From an uncultured delta proteobacterium (GTDB lineage Bacteria; Myxococcota_A; Polyangia; Fen-1088), in assembly GCA_963767925.1 (NCBI GenBank), contig CAVYGB010000002.1, positions 768,001 through 832,000 on the forward strand: a stretch of DNA of 64,000 nucleotides, given 5' to 3'. Numbering within the stretch: the first letter of the stretch is position 1; each line of letters begins with the position of its first letter. The notes below the pieces were generated by a model. That model was not told where the DNA came from, ran no database searches, and worked only from the letters and a program-made list of their open reading frames with translations. The position numbers and the translations under genes are program-made. Below are positions 43,228 through 51,980 of the stretch, in pieces.

Positions 43228-44448
43228 ATGGCGATCGACGTCGAGGTGGTGCGGGGAAAGTTCCGGGCGCTGGCCAGCCCGTCGGCCTTTCTGGATGGTC
43301 CCGCCGGGAGCCAGGTGCCCGAGTCGGTGATCGCGGCGATGGTCGCCTACCTGCGCGACACGAACGCGAACTCGGGCGGTGAGTTCGGGCGCTCGCGCGC
43401 GACCGACGCCCTGGTGGTGTCGGCCCGGCAGGCGGTCGCCGCCCTGCTGGGGGCGCCCGATCCGGCGGCCATCGCCTTCGGCCCCAGCATGACCGCCCTG
43501 ACCTTCGTGCTGTCGCGCGCGCTGGCCCGGACCTGGTCGGCCGGCGACGAGGTGGTCGTGACCCGCCTCGACCACGACGCCAACGTGTGGCCCTGGGTGC
43601 TGGCCGCGCGCGACGCGGGCGCCACCGTCCGCTACGTCCCCTTCCAGCCGGCCGACTGCCGGCTCGACCTCGACGCCCTGGCCACCGCCATCACCCCCCG
43701 CACCCGCCTCGTCGCGGTGGGCGCCGCCTCGAACGCCGTCGGCACCGTCAACCCGCTGCCCGCCATCGCCAGCCTGGCCCACCAGCAAGGCGCCCAGGTC
43801 TTCGTCGACGCCGTACACCTGGCGCCCCACCGGCGCCTGGACGTCTCGGCCTGGGACTGCGACTACCTGGCCTGCTCCGCCTACAAGTTCTTCGGCCCCC
43901 ACGTCGGCATCCTGTGGGGCCGCGCCGCCCTCCTCAACGCCCTCCCCGCCTACACCGTCCGCCCGGCAGACCACGGCGTCGGCGATCGCTACATGAACGG
44001 CACCGCCAGCTTCGAGGGCATCGCCGGCACCCTCGCCGCCGTCGACTACCTCTGCGACCTGGGCGGCGGCGCCGCCACCCCCGCCGACCGCCCCGCCGCC
44101 CTCGACCGGGCCTTCGCCGCCATCCGCACCCACGAGGACACCCTCTGCCGCCGCCTCCTCGCCGGCCTGGCCGAGCTCCCCGAGATCCGCGTCCACGGCA
44201 TCACCGACCCCACCCGCCTCGCCGACCGCGTCGCCACCCTCTCGATCACCCACGCCCGCGTCCCCGCCCCCGCGATCGCCCGGCACCTTGCCGCCCGCGA
44301 CATCCAGGTCTGGGCAGGGAACTTCTACGCCGTCGAAGTCACCAAGGCCCTCGCCCTCGGCGAAGACGGCCTCCTCCGCATCGGCCTGCTCCACTACAAC
44401 ACCCCCGCCGAAGTCGACCGCCTCCTGCAAACCCTCCGCGCCCTCTGA
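43228..44448 (+). CDS. Cysteine desulfurase-like class V PLP enzyme
   Basis: FLDGPAGSQVP, LDHDANV.PW, ASNAVGT, DAVH and CSAYKFFGPH. Confidence 0.92.
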   Translation: MAIDVEVVRGKFRALASPSAFLDGPAGSQVPESVIAAMVAYLRDTNANSGGEFGRSRATDALVVSARQAVAALLGAPDPAAIAFGPSMTALTFVLSRALARTWSAGDEVVVTRLDHDANVWPWVLAARDAGATVRYVPFQPADCRLDLDALATAITPRTRLVAVGAASNAVGTVNPLPAIASLAHQQGAQVFVDAVHLAPHRRLDVSAWDCDYLACSAYKFFGPHVGILWGRAALLNALPAYTVRPADHGVGDRYMNGTASFEGIAGTLAAVDYLCDLGGGAATPADRPAALDRAFAAIRTHEDTLCRRLLAGLAELPEIRVHGITDPTRLADRVATLSITHARVPAPAIARHLAARDIQVWAGNFYAVEVTKALALGEDGLLRIGLLHYNTPAEVDRLLQTLRAL

Positions 44449-44564
44449 TCCGGACGGCTTCGCAGCGGCGAGAAACCGCAGAGGACGGCAGGTTTGCGGC
44501 GGTCAGCGGGCAGCGTTGGCGGTGCGGGGGTTGAAGCCGGCGCAGGAACGCGGAGGACGGCGGG

Positions 44565-45779
44565 TCACCGGCAGCGGTTGGTGGCGGGGATGTAAAAGCC
44601 GGTGGGGGAGGCTTCGTTGGCGGCCTGGATGTGGTCGTAGGCGCAGCGCCCGGTGGCGGCGCGGTACTGGCAGCGGAAGCGGACCACGCGGTCGCCGCAA
44701 GCGGCCACCCGGTCGGTGCAGCTATAGGTGAAAAAGAGGGTGAAGCCGGAGGGGTTGTTGCAGGCCCCGGGCGAGAAGATGTCGCACATGTTCCGGAAGG
44801 TCATCACCGAGTCGCAGGAACCCTGGCCGGGAAAGAAGTAGGTGGAGCCGTCGAACTCCGGCGTCTCGCGACCGTTGCAGTCCCAGTCGAAGCTGCCGTT
44901 GGCCGCCGGGCGATCACGCAGCTCGAGGACCGGGCTGCCGGCAGCGGGGCGGCACTCGGCGGCGCCGGGGCCGCTGCAAGCCACCTTCCCCGTGCTCGCG
45001 CAGGCGCCGACGCCGCCCTTGCAATCGGCCCCCAGGGGAACCGCGTTGTTCGCGCCGTCCCTCCAGGTGAACCCCTCGTCGACCTGGCCGTCGCAGCTAT
45101 CGTCCAGCCCGTTGCACGTCTCCATGGCGGGCGAGACGTTGGGGCGGCAAGCCAGCGATCCGCCAGCGCACACCCGGGTCCCCTCCGCACAGATCCCGGG
45201 CCGACCGCTGCCGCAAGCCGCGCCGCCACCCGGGTTGCCCTCGTCGGTGGCGCCATCGCAGTTGTTGTCCTTGCCGTCGCAGACCTCGGCCCCGGGCCCC
45301 GCCGCCCCCAGGCACCGCCCGCGCACACCCTCCCGACACTCCCGGACACCGAGCCGACAGCCCCCTCGCCCCGCCGTCCGGTCATCGAGGCCATCGATAG
45401 CCCGCCCCTCCGGCGTCTCCGCGCAAGGCGGAGGACTCGCCGAATCGCACGCCGGCGGCGGCGGTGGAGGTGGCGGCGGGGGTGGAAGTGGCGCGGAATC
45501 CGGGTCGATGGTCGCGTCCATCGGGCCAGCGTCGAGCGCAGCGGGGACGCCCGGCCCAGTCGGAGCGTCCGGATCGGCAACCGCGTCACCCGGCGACCCA
45601 TTCGCATCCAGCGAGGTGAGAGGCGGAGCCGAGGGGCCATCGGGAACTTCGACCGGGCCCCTGCCGGTCTCCCGCAGCCCGCTGTCCCGGGTCTCGTCCG
45701 GCGGAGCAGTCTCCGAGCGCGGACTCGCGCAGGCCCCCAGTGCGATCAGCAGCCCCGCCAAGACCCTGTGCTTTTCCAT
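44565..45779 (-). CDS. Cys-rich lipoprotein with MopE-like putative metal-binding repeats
   Basis: Lipobox LGAC; EVCDGKDNNCDGATDEG and ETCNGLDDSCDGQVDEG. Confidence 0.85.
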   Translation of the reverse strand: MEKHRVLAGLLIALGACASPRSETAPPDETRDSGLRETGRGPVEVPDGPSAPPLTSLDANGSPGDAVADPDAPTGPGVPAALDAGPMDATIDPDSAPLPPPPPPPPPPPACDSASPPPCAETPEGRAIDGLDDRTAGRGGCRLGVRECREGVRGRCLGAAGPGAEVCDGKDNNCDGATDEGNPGGGAACGSGRPGICAEGTRVCAGGSLACRPNVSPAMETCNGLDDSCDGQVDEGFTWRDGANNAVPLGADCKGGVGACASTGKVACSGPGAAECRPAAGSPVLELRDRPAANGSFDWDCNGRETPEFDGSTYFFPGQGSCDSVMTFRNMCDIFSPGACNNPSGFTLFFTYSCTDRVAACGDRVVRFRCQYRAATGRCAYDHIQAANEASPTGFYIPATNRCR

Positions 45780-45850
45780 CGTACAGCCCCTCGGCTCGGC
45801 ACGGCGCGAGCCCACCCGCAGGGTAACACGGCAGTTGCCACGTCGGCCCC

Positions 45851-45919
45851 CCCCTCACCCGTTCCCTGTACCTGTCCCCTCTCCCCACGCCCGCAGACGG
45901 CCGCAGGGAGAAGGCAAAC
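45851..45919 (+). repeat. REP-type palindrome, direct repeat of 48266-48320
   Basis: CCCTCACCCGTTCCCT..CCCCACGCCCGCAGACGGCCGCAGGGAGAAGGCAAAC. Confidence 0.7.
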
Positions 45920-45934
45920 ATGCAGCGGACTGCC

Positions 45935-46600
45935 TGCCTCTGCCCTGCCTCCTGCCCCTGCCCCCTGCCTCTCCCTCTGTCTGCCTCTGCCTCCGCCTCC
46001 GCCTCCGCCGCCTCCCTCTGCCTCCGCCGCCTCCCTCTGCCTCCGCCGCCTCCCTCTGCCTCCGCCGCCTCCCTCTGCCTCCGCCGCCTCCCTCCGCCTC
46101 CGCCGCCTCCCTCCGCCTCCGCCGCCTCCCTCCGCCTCCGCCGCCTCCCTCCGCCTCCGCCGCCTCCCTCCGCCTCCGCCGCCTCCCTCCGCCTCCGCCG
46201 CCTCCCTCCGCCTCCGCCGCCTCCCTCCGCCTCCGCCGCCTCCCTCCGCCTCCGCCGCCTCCCTCCGCCTCCGCCGCCTCCCTCCTGCCTCCGCCGCCTC
46301 CCTCCTGCCTCCGCCGCCTCCCTCCTGCCTCCGCCGCCTCCCTCCTGCCTCCGCCGCCTCCCTCCTGCCTCCGCCGCCTCCCTCCTGCCTCCGCCGCCTC
46401 CCTCCTGCCTCCGCCGCCTCCCTCCGCCTCCCTCCGCCTCCCTCCGCCTCCGCCGCCTCCCTCTGCCTCCGCCGCCTCCCTCTGCCTCCGCCGCCTCCCT
46501 CCTGTCTCCGCCGCCTCCCTCCTGCCTCCGCCACCTCCCCGCCTCCCTCCTGCCTCCGCCGCCTCCCTCCTGCCTCTGCCTCCGCCTCGCCTCTGCCTCT
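45935..46600. repeat. Purine-poor minisatellite: blocks of 19/20-bp units related to the hexamer CTCTGC
   Basis: Runs of CTCCGCCGCCTCCCTCTGC, ..CCCTCCGC and ..CCCTCCTGC. Confidence 0.95.
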
Positions 46601-46813
46601 GAAAACGCGAAGCTGAGTAGCAGTTGGGGCGGTGGGCATGTGGGCAAACGCGTCTGCGCGTCTGCGCGTCCGCTCTGCGCGTTTGTCCAAGGGGTGTGGG
46701 CAGTCTGCTGTCCACACCCCGGCATGTCCACGGCCCACCCCGCACCCCAGCGCCCCCCCATCCTCCCGTCCGGCGCCCGCCTTCACCCGAAGGCTGCGCC
46801 CGACCATCTGCCC
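46596..46813 (+). repeat. Left structured arm flanking the RAYT-like gene
   Basis: Imperfect inverted copy of 47838-48029; three GTGGGCA...TGTCCA stems. Confidence 0.85.
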
Positions 46814-46919
46814 GTGAGGCTCTCCCCCCAATTCACCACCGCATCGACGGAGGAGGGCGGACCATGAAACGATCCTACTTGAAACACCAACGCGAACGAT
46901 CTAGTATTGCCTCATTCAA

Positions 46920-47597
46920 ATGAAGAGTCCCCAACGTCGTGCTCAACTCGCCTTGCCCCGGACGTCCGGGTGGGGTGGACGTCGGAAGGGGGCCGGCCGG
47001 CCTCCGATTCCCGGGCGGCGACGGCCGGCGCCGCATCGGGTGCGGGCGCCCCACAAGGGCGCCCACCCGTTGCACGTGACCTTGCGGGCCAGGTCGGGGT
47101 TGATCTCGCTGAGGAGCAAGCGAGTCTTCCAGGTGTTGCGGGATTGCTTTCGCGCCTCGAGCTCGGCGGCCTTCCGGGTTGTGCAGTTCTCGGTGCAGGC
47201 CGATCACGTGCACCTGCTGGTAGAGGCGGACGACAAGGCGACACTATCCTCCGGAGCCCGAGGGCTGGTGATCCGGAGCGCGCTGGCCATCAACCGGGCC
47301 TGCCAGCGCAGCGGACGAATCTGGGGGGACCGGTATCACGCGCGCGAGCTGACGACACCACGGGAGGTACGCACCGCACTCGTGTACGTACTCATGAACC
47401 ACAAGAAGCACGGCCTGCGCGACCGCGGGCACATCGACCCCTGCTCCTCGGCCCCCTGGTTCGACGGCTTCCGCGTCCACGTCGTGCCTCCGACCGACCC
47501 CCCGGTCACCTGCATGCCCCGCACCTGGCTCGCCGCCGTGGGCTGGCGACGCCGCGGCCTGATCGACCCCACCGAGTCCCCCAAGACCATTCAGTGA
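46920..47597 (+). CDS. REP-associated tyrosine transposase (HUH/Y1, RAYT-like)
   Basis: HVTLR, DHVHLLVEA (HUH motif), WGDRYH and YVLMN (probable catalytic Tyr); no tnpB nearby. Confidence 0.85.
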   Translation: MKSPQRRAQLALPRTSGWGGRRKGAGRPPIPGRRRPAPHRVRAPHKGAHPLHVTLRARSGLISLRSKRVFQVLRDCFRASSSAAFRVVQFSVQADHVHLLVEADDKATLSSGARGLVIRSALAINRACQRSGRIWGDRYHARELTTPREVRTALVYVLMNHKKHGLRDRGHIDPCSSAPWFDGFRVHVVPPTDPPVTCMPRTWLAAVGWRRRGLIDPTESPKTIQ

Positions 47598-47754
47598 ACG
47601 CGCCCGGCCTCGCCGCTGGAGGCGGGCTCTACACGGGGGAAGCGGGCGGCCCTCGGGTGGGAACAGGCGCCGGCGGAGATGGTCGGCGTGGCGTGGGCGC
47701 GCGGCGGGCGCGGAGCGGGGGGGCGGCGCGAGATGGTCGGGGCAGTGTCGGCGC

Positions 47755-47881
47755 GCGGCGGGCGCCGGACGAGGGCTGTGCGAGATGGTGGTGGGCGCAG
47801 CGTCGACGGGCGGCGGGCGCCGGACGAGGGCTGTGCGAGATGGTGGTGGGCGCAGCGTCGACGGGCGGCGGGCGCCGGACG
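47755..47881. repeat. About 55-bp tandem duplication at the inner end of the right arm
   Basis: GCGGCGGGCGCCGGACGAGGGCTGTGCGAGATGGTGGTGGGCGCAGCGTCGACGG x2, plus degenerate upstream copies. Confidence 0.85.
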
Positions 47882-48029
47882 GGGAAAGGGGCGGCGCTCG
47901 GGTGGGGGTGGGCCGTGGACATGCCGGGCTATGGACAGCGGACTGCCCACAGCCCTTGGACAAACGCGCAGACGCGTTTGCCCACATACCCACAGCCCCA
48001 GCTGCTACTCAGCTTCGCTTTTCAGAGGC
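47838..48029 (-). repeat. Right structured arm flanking the RAYT-like gene
   Basis: GTGGACATGCCGGGCTATGGACAG..GGACAAACGCGCAGACGCGTTTGCCC..CTACTCAGCTTCGCTTTTCAGAGG, inverted copy of the left arm. Confidence 0.85.
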
Positions 48030-48172
48030 AGAGGCAGAGGCAGAGGCAGAGACAGAGGCAGAGGCAGAGGCAGAGGCAGAGGCAGAGGCAGAGGCAGAGG
48101 CAGAGGCAGAGGCAGAGGCAGAGGCAGAGGGCAGAGGCAGAGGCAGAGGCAGAGACAGAGGCAGAGGGCAGA
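48023..48172. repeat. (CAGAGG)n microsatellite, more than 20 copies
   Basis: Directly visible; abuts the right arm. Confidence 0.95.
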
Positions 48173-48265
48173 CAGTGGCAGTGGTGGGACGGGGCGGGGG
48201 CGGAAGGGAGGTGGGCGGGAGTCCGGGCGGCTGATCAGGGTGAGGTGGGGCCGACTTGGCGACCG

Positions 48266-48320
48266 CCCTCACCCGTTCCCTCGCCCCACGGCCGCAGACG
48301 GCCACGGGGCGAGGGCAAAC
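48266..48320 (+). repeat. REP-type palindrome
   Basis: CCCTCACCCGTTCCCTCGCCCCACGGCCGCAGACGGCCACGGGGCGAGGGCAAAC. Confidence 0.8.
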
Positions 48321-48326
48321 GGGCAG

Positions 48327-48789
48327 CGGGGGGACTGACCGAAACGGCTTGCCGCTCGCGGCGGTCGGGACGAACGGCTTAATCACCCGGTCTGGTGGCG
48401 GGGGGACTGACCGAAACGGCTTGCCGCTCGCGGTGGCAGAGACGAACGGCTTCATCACCCGGTCTGGTGGCGGGGGGACTGACCGAAACGGCTTGCCGCT
48501 CGCGGCGGCAGAGACGAACGGCTTCATCACCCGGTCTGGTGGCGGGGGGACTGACCGAAACGGCTTGCCGCTCGTGGCGGCAGAGACGAACGGCTTCATC
48601 ACCCGGTCTGGTGGCGGGGGACTGACCGAAACGGCTTGCCGCTCGCGGTGGCAGAGACGAACGGCTTCATCACCCGGTCTGGTGGCGGGGGGACTGACCG
48701 AAACGGCTTGCCGCTCGTGGCGGCAGAGACGAACGGCTTCATCACCCGGTCTGGTGGCGGGGGGACTGGCCGAAACGGCTTGCGGCTCG
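48327..48789. repeat. 72-bp tandem repeat, 6 full copies plus a partial one
   Basis: GGGGGACTGACCGAAACGGCTTGCCGCTCGCGGCGGCAGAGACGAACGGCTTCATCACCCGGTCTGGTGGCG. Confidence 0.95.
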
Positions 48790-48797
48790 AGAGGGGG

Positions 48798-49670
48798 TTA
48801 TTCGGGTGCGAGCATGGATTTGGTGTGGGCGATGACGGCTTGGTTGCCGGTGCGGAGGCCCCATTGGGCGCCGAGGGCGGGGAAGGAGGCCCAGCGTTCG
48901 GCGGCGTGGTGTGGGAGGCCGGGCCAGGTGCGGCCTCCGGCGCGTTCGAACAAGGCGATCAGGCGGGCCAGGGACTCGGGGCCGAAGCAGCCGTGGAACA
49001 TGGCCAGGTCGATCGACGGGTCGGTCACCTGGGCTTCGGTCCAGTCGAGGATGCCGGTGACGGCGCCCTCTCCGTCGAGCAGCATGTGGCCGGGGTGCAG
49101 GTCGCCGTGGACCAGGGCCAGGTGGGGCGGCCAGCCCTCCTCGCTGTCGAGCCAGCGGTGCCAGCGCGCCCACAGGGCGTCCGTTGGCTGCAGCACCTCC
49201 CGGGTCTCCTCCATGGCCTTGCGCAGGGTCGCCCGCGATTCGGCCAGGTCGCGCACCGGCACGCCGGCGTTGCGGACGGCGTCGACCGGTACCGCCTGCA
49301 GGGCGGCGAGAGACTCTGCCATCGAGGCCAGGAAGCGCTCGGGCGGGGCCTTCTCGTTCATGTTCCAGATCGGCCCCTCTGCCCCGATGGTGACCGCCGG
49401 GGTGCCCGCCAGCCGCGGGTAGGCGATCAGATCGAGGGCGTGCACCCGCCAGTCGGGGACCGCCACCGGCATGCGCGGCTGGAGCAATCGCAGCACGCGC
49501 GCCTCGACCCGGGCCGACTCCACCACCTCCGGCCGCCGCGGGGTCCGCAGCACCCAGGCCTGGCCCGCCTCGTCGCGGGCGTGGACGACCCGGAAGTCGA
49601 GGCCGGTGCCGTCCACCTCCGGCGCGGCCGCCCCCACCTCGAGCCCGTGGCGTCGGGCCAGGGCGAGCAG
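48798..49670 (-). CDS. mph: Macrolide 2'-phosphotransferase domain, probably the C-terminal part of an HflX fusion
   Basis: LARRHGL, GLDFRV, WVLRTPRR, VPDW, HGDLHPGH and ILDWTEA; no start codon just before the conserved N-terminal segment. Confidence 0.85.
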   Translation of the reverse strand: MLALARRHGLEVGAAAPEVDGTGLDFRVVHARDEAGQAWVLRTPRRPEVVESARVEARVLRLLQPRMPVAVPDWRVHALDLIAYPRLAGTPAVTIGAEGPIWNMNEKAPPERFLASMAESLAALQAVPVDAVRNAGVPVRDLAESRATLRKAMEETREVLQPTDALWARWHRWLDSEEGWPPHLALVHGDLHPGHMLLDGEGAVTGILDWTEAQVTDPSIDLAMFHGCFGPESLARLIALFERAGGRTWPGLPHHAAERWASFPALGAQWGLRTGNQAVIAHTKSMLAPE

Positions 49671-51144
49671 AATCCGCCGCCGTCTCGGTGGGCGGCGCCG
49701 TGGCCAGCACCCGCCGCCAGCGCTGCAGGGTCTCGGGGAAGGCGCGCACCCGGAGCTGGGCGCCCGCTTCGTCGTAGGTCTCGTGCAGCACCCGGGCGCT
49801 GCTCCGCACCTCTCCCAGCAGCCGCCCCTGCGCCGGCGGCACGGTCAGCACGTCGTCGACCATGCGCGTGTCGAAGAAGGCGACGATGCGCGCGCGCAGC
49901 CGCCCGGCGTCCTCGGGGGCCAGCGCGCTGAGGAAGAAGCCCTCCGGCAGCTCGCGGGCCAGCGCCTCCCGCCCGGCGGCGTCGACCCGGTCCACTTTGT
50001 TGAACAGGACCAGGTACGGCACCGCCGCCGCCCCCACCGACCCCAGCGTCTCGCGCACCACCTGGAGCTGCTCGCGCCAGTGCTTGTCGGAGGCGTCGAC
50101 GACGTAGAGGAGCAGGTCGGCCTCCTGCGCCTCCTGCAAGGTCGAGTGGAAGGAGGCCACCACCTCGTGCGGCAGGCTCTGGATGAACCCGACCGTGTCC
50201 GAGACCAGGATGCGCGGGGCGGTGGTGGGGGCCAGCGCCCGCACCGTCGTCCCCAGGGTCACGAACAGCTCGTCCTGCACCTCGACCTCGCTGCCGGTGA
50301 GCGCCCGCAGCAGCGACGACTTGCCGGCGTTGGTGTAGCCGACGAGGGCCACCTGGGGCGCCTCGCCCCGCCGCTCGCGCTGGCTGGCCTCCAGCGTGCG
50401 TAGCCCCTCGAGCTCCCGGCTGAGGGCCGCCACCCGCCCCCGGATCTCCTGCTTGCGCAGCTCGACGTTGGTGTGGCCCCGCTCGCCGCGCCCGCCGCCG
50501 CCGCCCTCCCGGGCGGCCCGGTCCTCGTCCTCGCGCACGCGCGGCGCCTCGTAGCGCAGGCGCGCCAGCTCGACCTCGAGCCGGGCGGTCCGGGTGCGGG
50601 CCCGCGAAGAGAATACGCGCAGGATGATGTCGGTCCGGTCCGCCACCGGCGCGTCCAGGGTCTGCTGGAGCTGGTGGAGCTGGCCGGGCCGCAGCGGGCC
50701 ATCGATCACCACCAGCGGCGGCGGGTTGTCGGGCCCGCGCCGCAGGTCCTGCAGCTGGGTCGCCAGCTCTTCGAGCTGGCCGCTGCCGATCACGCCCGCG
50801 CCACGCGGGGGGCGCTTGACCACCCGCGTGTCGGCCACGCGCAGGCCCAGGCCCCGCACCAGCCGGGTCAGCTCGAGCAACGAGCCGTCGGATCCCCGCC
50901 ACCCCACCAGCACCGCGTCCGCCGGGCGGGCCGGGTCGAGCGCCTGCCTAGCGCGGGCGTCATCGGGAGACGGAGGCAAAGACGGAGAAGGAGGCAAAGA
51001 CGGAGAAGGAGGCAAAGACGGAGAAGGAGGCAAAGACGGAGAAGGAGGCAAAGACGGAGAAGGAGGCAAAGACGGAGAAGGAGGCAAAGACGAAGCGGAC
51101 GAGAAGGCACGGGCAGGATGGCCGGAAAGTGGACGGGTCGGCAT
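49671..51144 (-). CDS. hflX: GTPase HflX domain; the frame has no stop at the domain end
   Basis: IL..F..RART, EVELARLRY, GYTNAGKSS, DTVGFI and NKVD; AAGGAG RBS before ATG 51144. Confidence 0.9.
50965..51092 (-). repeat. In-frame 18-bp tandem repeat x7 (SLPPSP) in the hflX N-terminus
   Basis: GGCAAAGACGGAGAAGGA units on the + strand. Confidence 0.92.
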
Positions 51145-51383
51145 GGAAAGAGCTCCTTCGCTCGCGCGGGCGCAAGCGGGCGGGAAAAAGGCACGAGATC
51201 CTCGGCGGCACGCGGCGAATGAAACAGCCGCGCGGCGGGGCAATAGCCGGGCGCGAAAGAACCAGATACCTCCGCGCTCAGCAGTCTGCGCGGCCCGTCA
51301 GTGAGAGCGGGCCGGCACGAGCGGGGTGTCAGAGCCCTTCACAGGTTGCGAAGGCGGGCTCGACACTGGCGGGGCGGCGCTGT

Positions 51384-51410
51384 TCAGCGCAGCCGGAGGT
51401 AAGCGCGCAT
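51384..51410 (-). promoter_or_regulatory. Leader peptide uORF MRAYLRLR (putative macrolide-sensing attenuator)
   Basis: ATG CGC GCT TAC CTC CGG CTG CGC TGA, 240 bp upstream of hflX; complementary to 51267-51292. Confidence 0.7.
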
Positions 51411-51625
51411 AGTGGGCAAAACGTGACACCGATCGGTCGGTCGCGCAAGCCCGTTGTGGAAAGAGCCCGGCGCCGGGGCCCGGCTCTGCGGGCGCGCAAT
51501 CCGGCGACACCCGACGTGTCTTCCGGCCGCGACGCGGGATTGAACCCACACCGTCAGGTAGTAACCTGCATGTGGATGGCGGCGATGAACGACTCTGTCA
51601 GGTCACCCGCGCGGAAGGAGGCGCC

Positions 51626-51907
51626 ATGAGCGTGTTTCCGCACCGATGCCCCGCTTGCGGCTCACCCGCTTACATGGGGTTCAAGGACGTCGATTGCAGC
51701 AACCCGCATTGCCCCCACGCGGGGCCGACGGCGCAGGCGCGGCGGAAGAAGCCGCGCACCAGCAGCTTCACCTGCTGGAGCGCGGATCGCGGCGGCCCGC
51801 CCTGCACCGGCGTGGTGGTGGTCACCGACGGCAAGGGCACCTGCCCCCGCTGCGGCAGCCACTACGCCACCGGCCGCTCGCCCGGCAGCACCTCCTCGCG
51901 ACCCTGA
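51626..51907 (+). CDS. Small Cys-rich putative zinc-ribbon protein (93 aa)
   Basis: AGGAGG RBS; CPAC, CSNPHC, two further Cys and CPRC. Confidence 0.7.
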   Translation: MSVFPHRCPACGSPAYMGFKDVDCSNPHCPHAGPTAQARRKKPRTSSFTCWSADRGGPPCTGVVVVTDGKGTCPRCGSHYATGRSPGSTSSRP

Positions 51908-51980
51908 CCGCCGCGCGGGCGGGTCCCGCGTGCGCCCGGTAGAACGCCCCCGCGACGGGCAGAGGTTCCCCGGGATCCGA

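Noticed and set aside
45586..46867. Long ORFs across the minisatellite
   Set aside because: Open in most frames only because the repeat lacks stop codons; translations are low-complexity
48327..48789. CRISPR array or repeat-protein gene (GGGTDRNGLPL..)
   Set aside because: Whole units repeat without unique spacers, and a G-run length change breaks the reading frame
48742..49670. C-terminal ~310 aa of the 833-aa HflX ORF as real protein
   Set aside because: It is the out-of-frame reading of the mph coding sequence
49660..49685. Programmed ribosomal frameshift at the hflX-mph junction
   Set aside because: GCG GAU UCU is not a slippery site I recognise; a simple indel is more parsimonious, though not proven
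51530..51575. tRNA gene (minus-strand GTGGGTTCAATCCCGC resembles a T-arm)
   Set aside because: Loop is one base short, and there is no D-arm or acceptor stem
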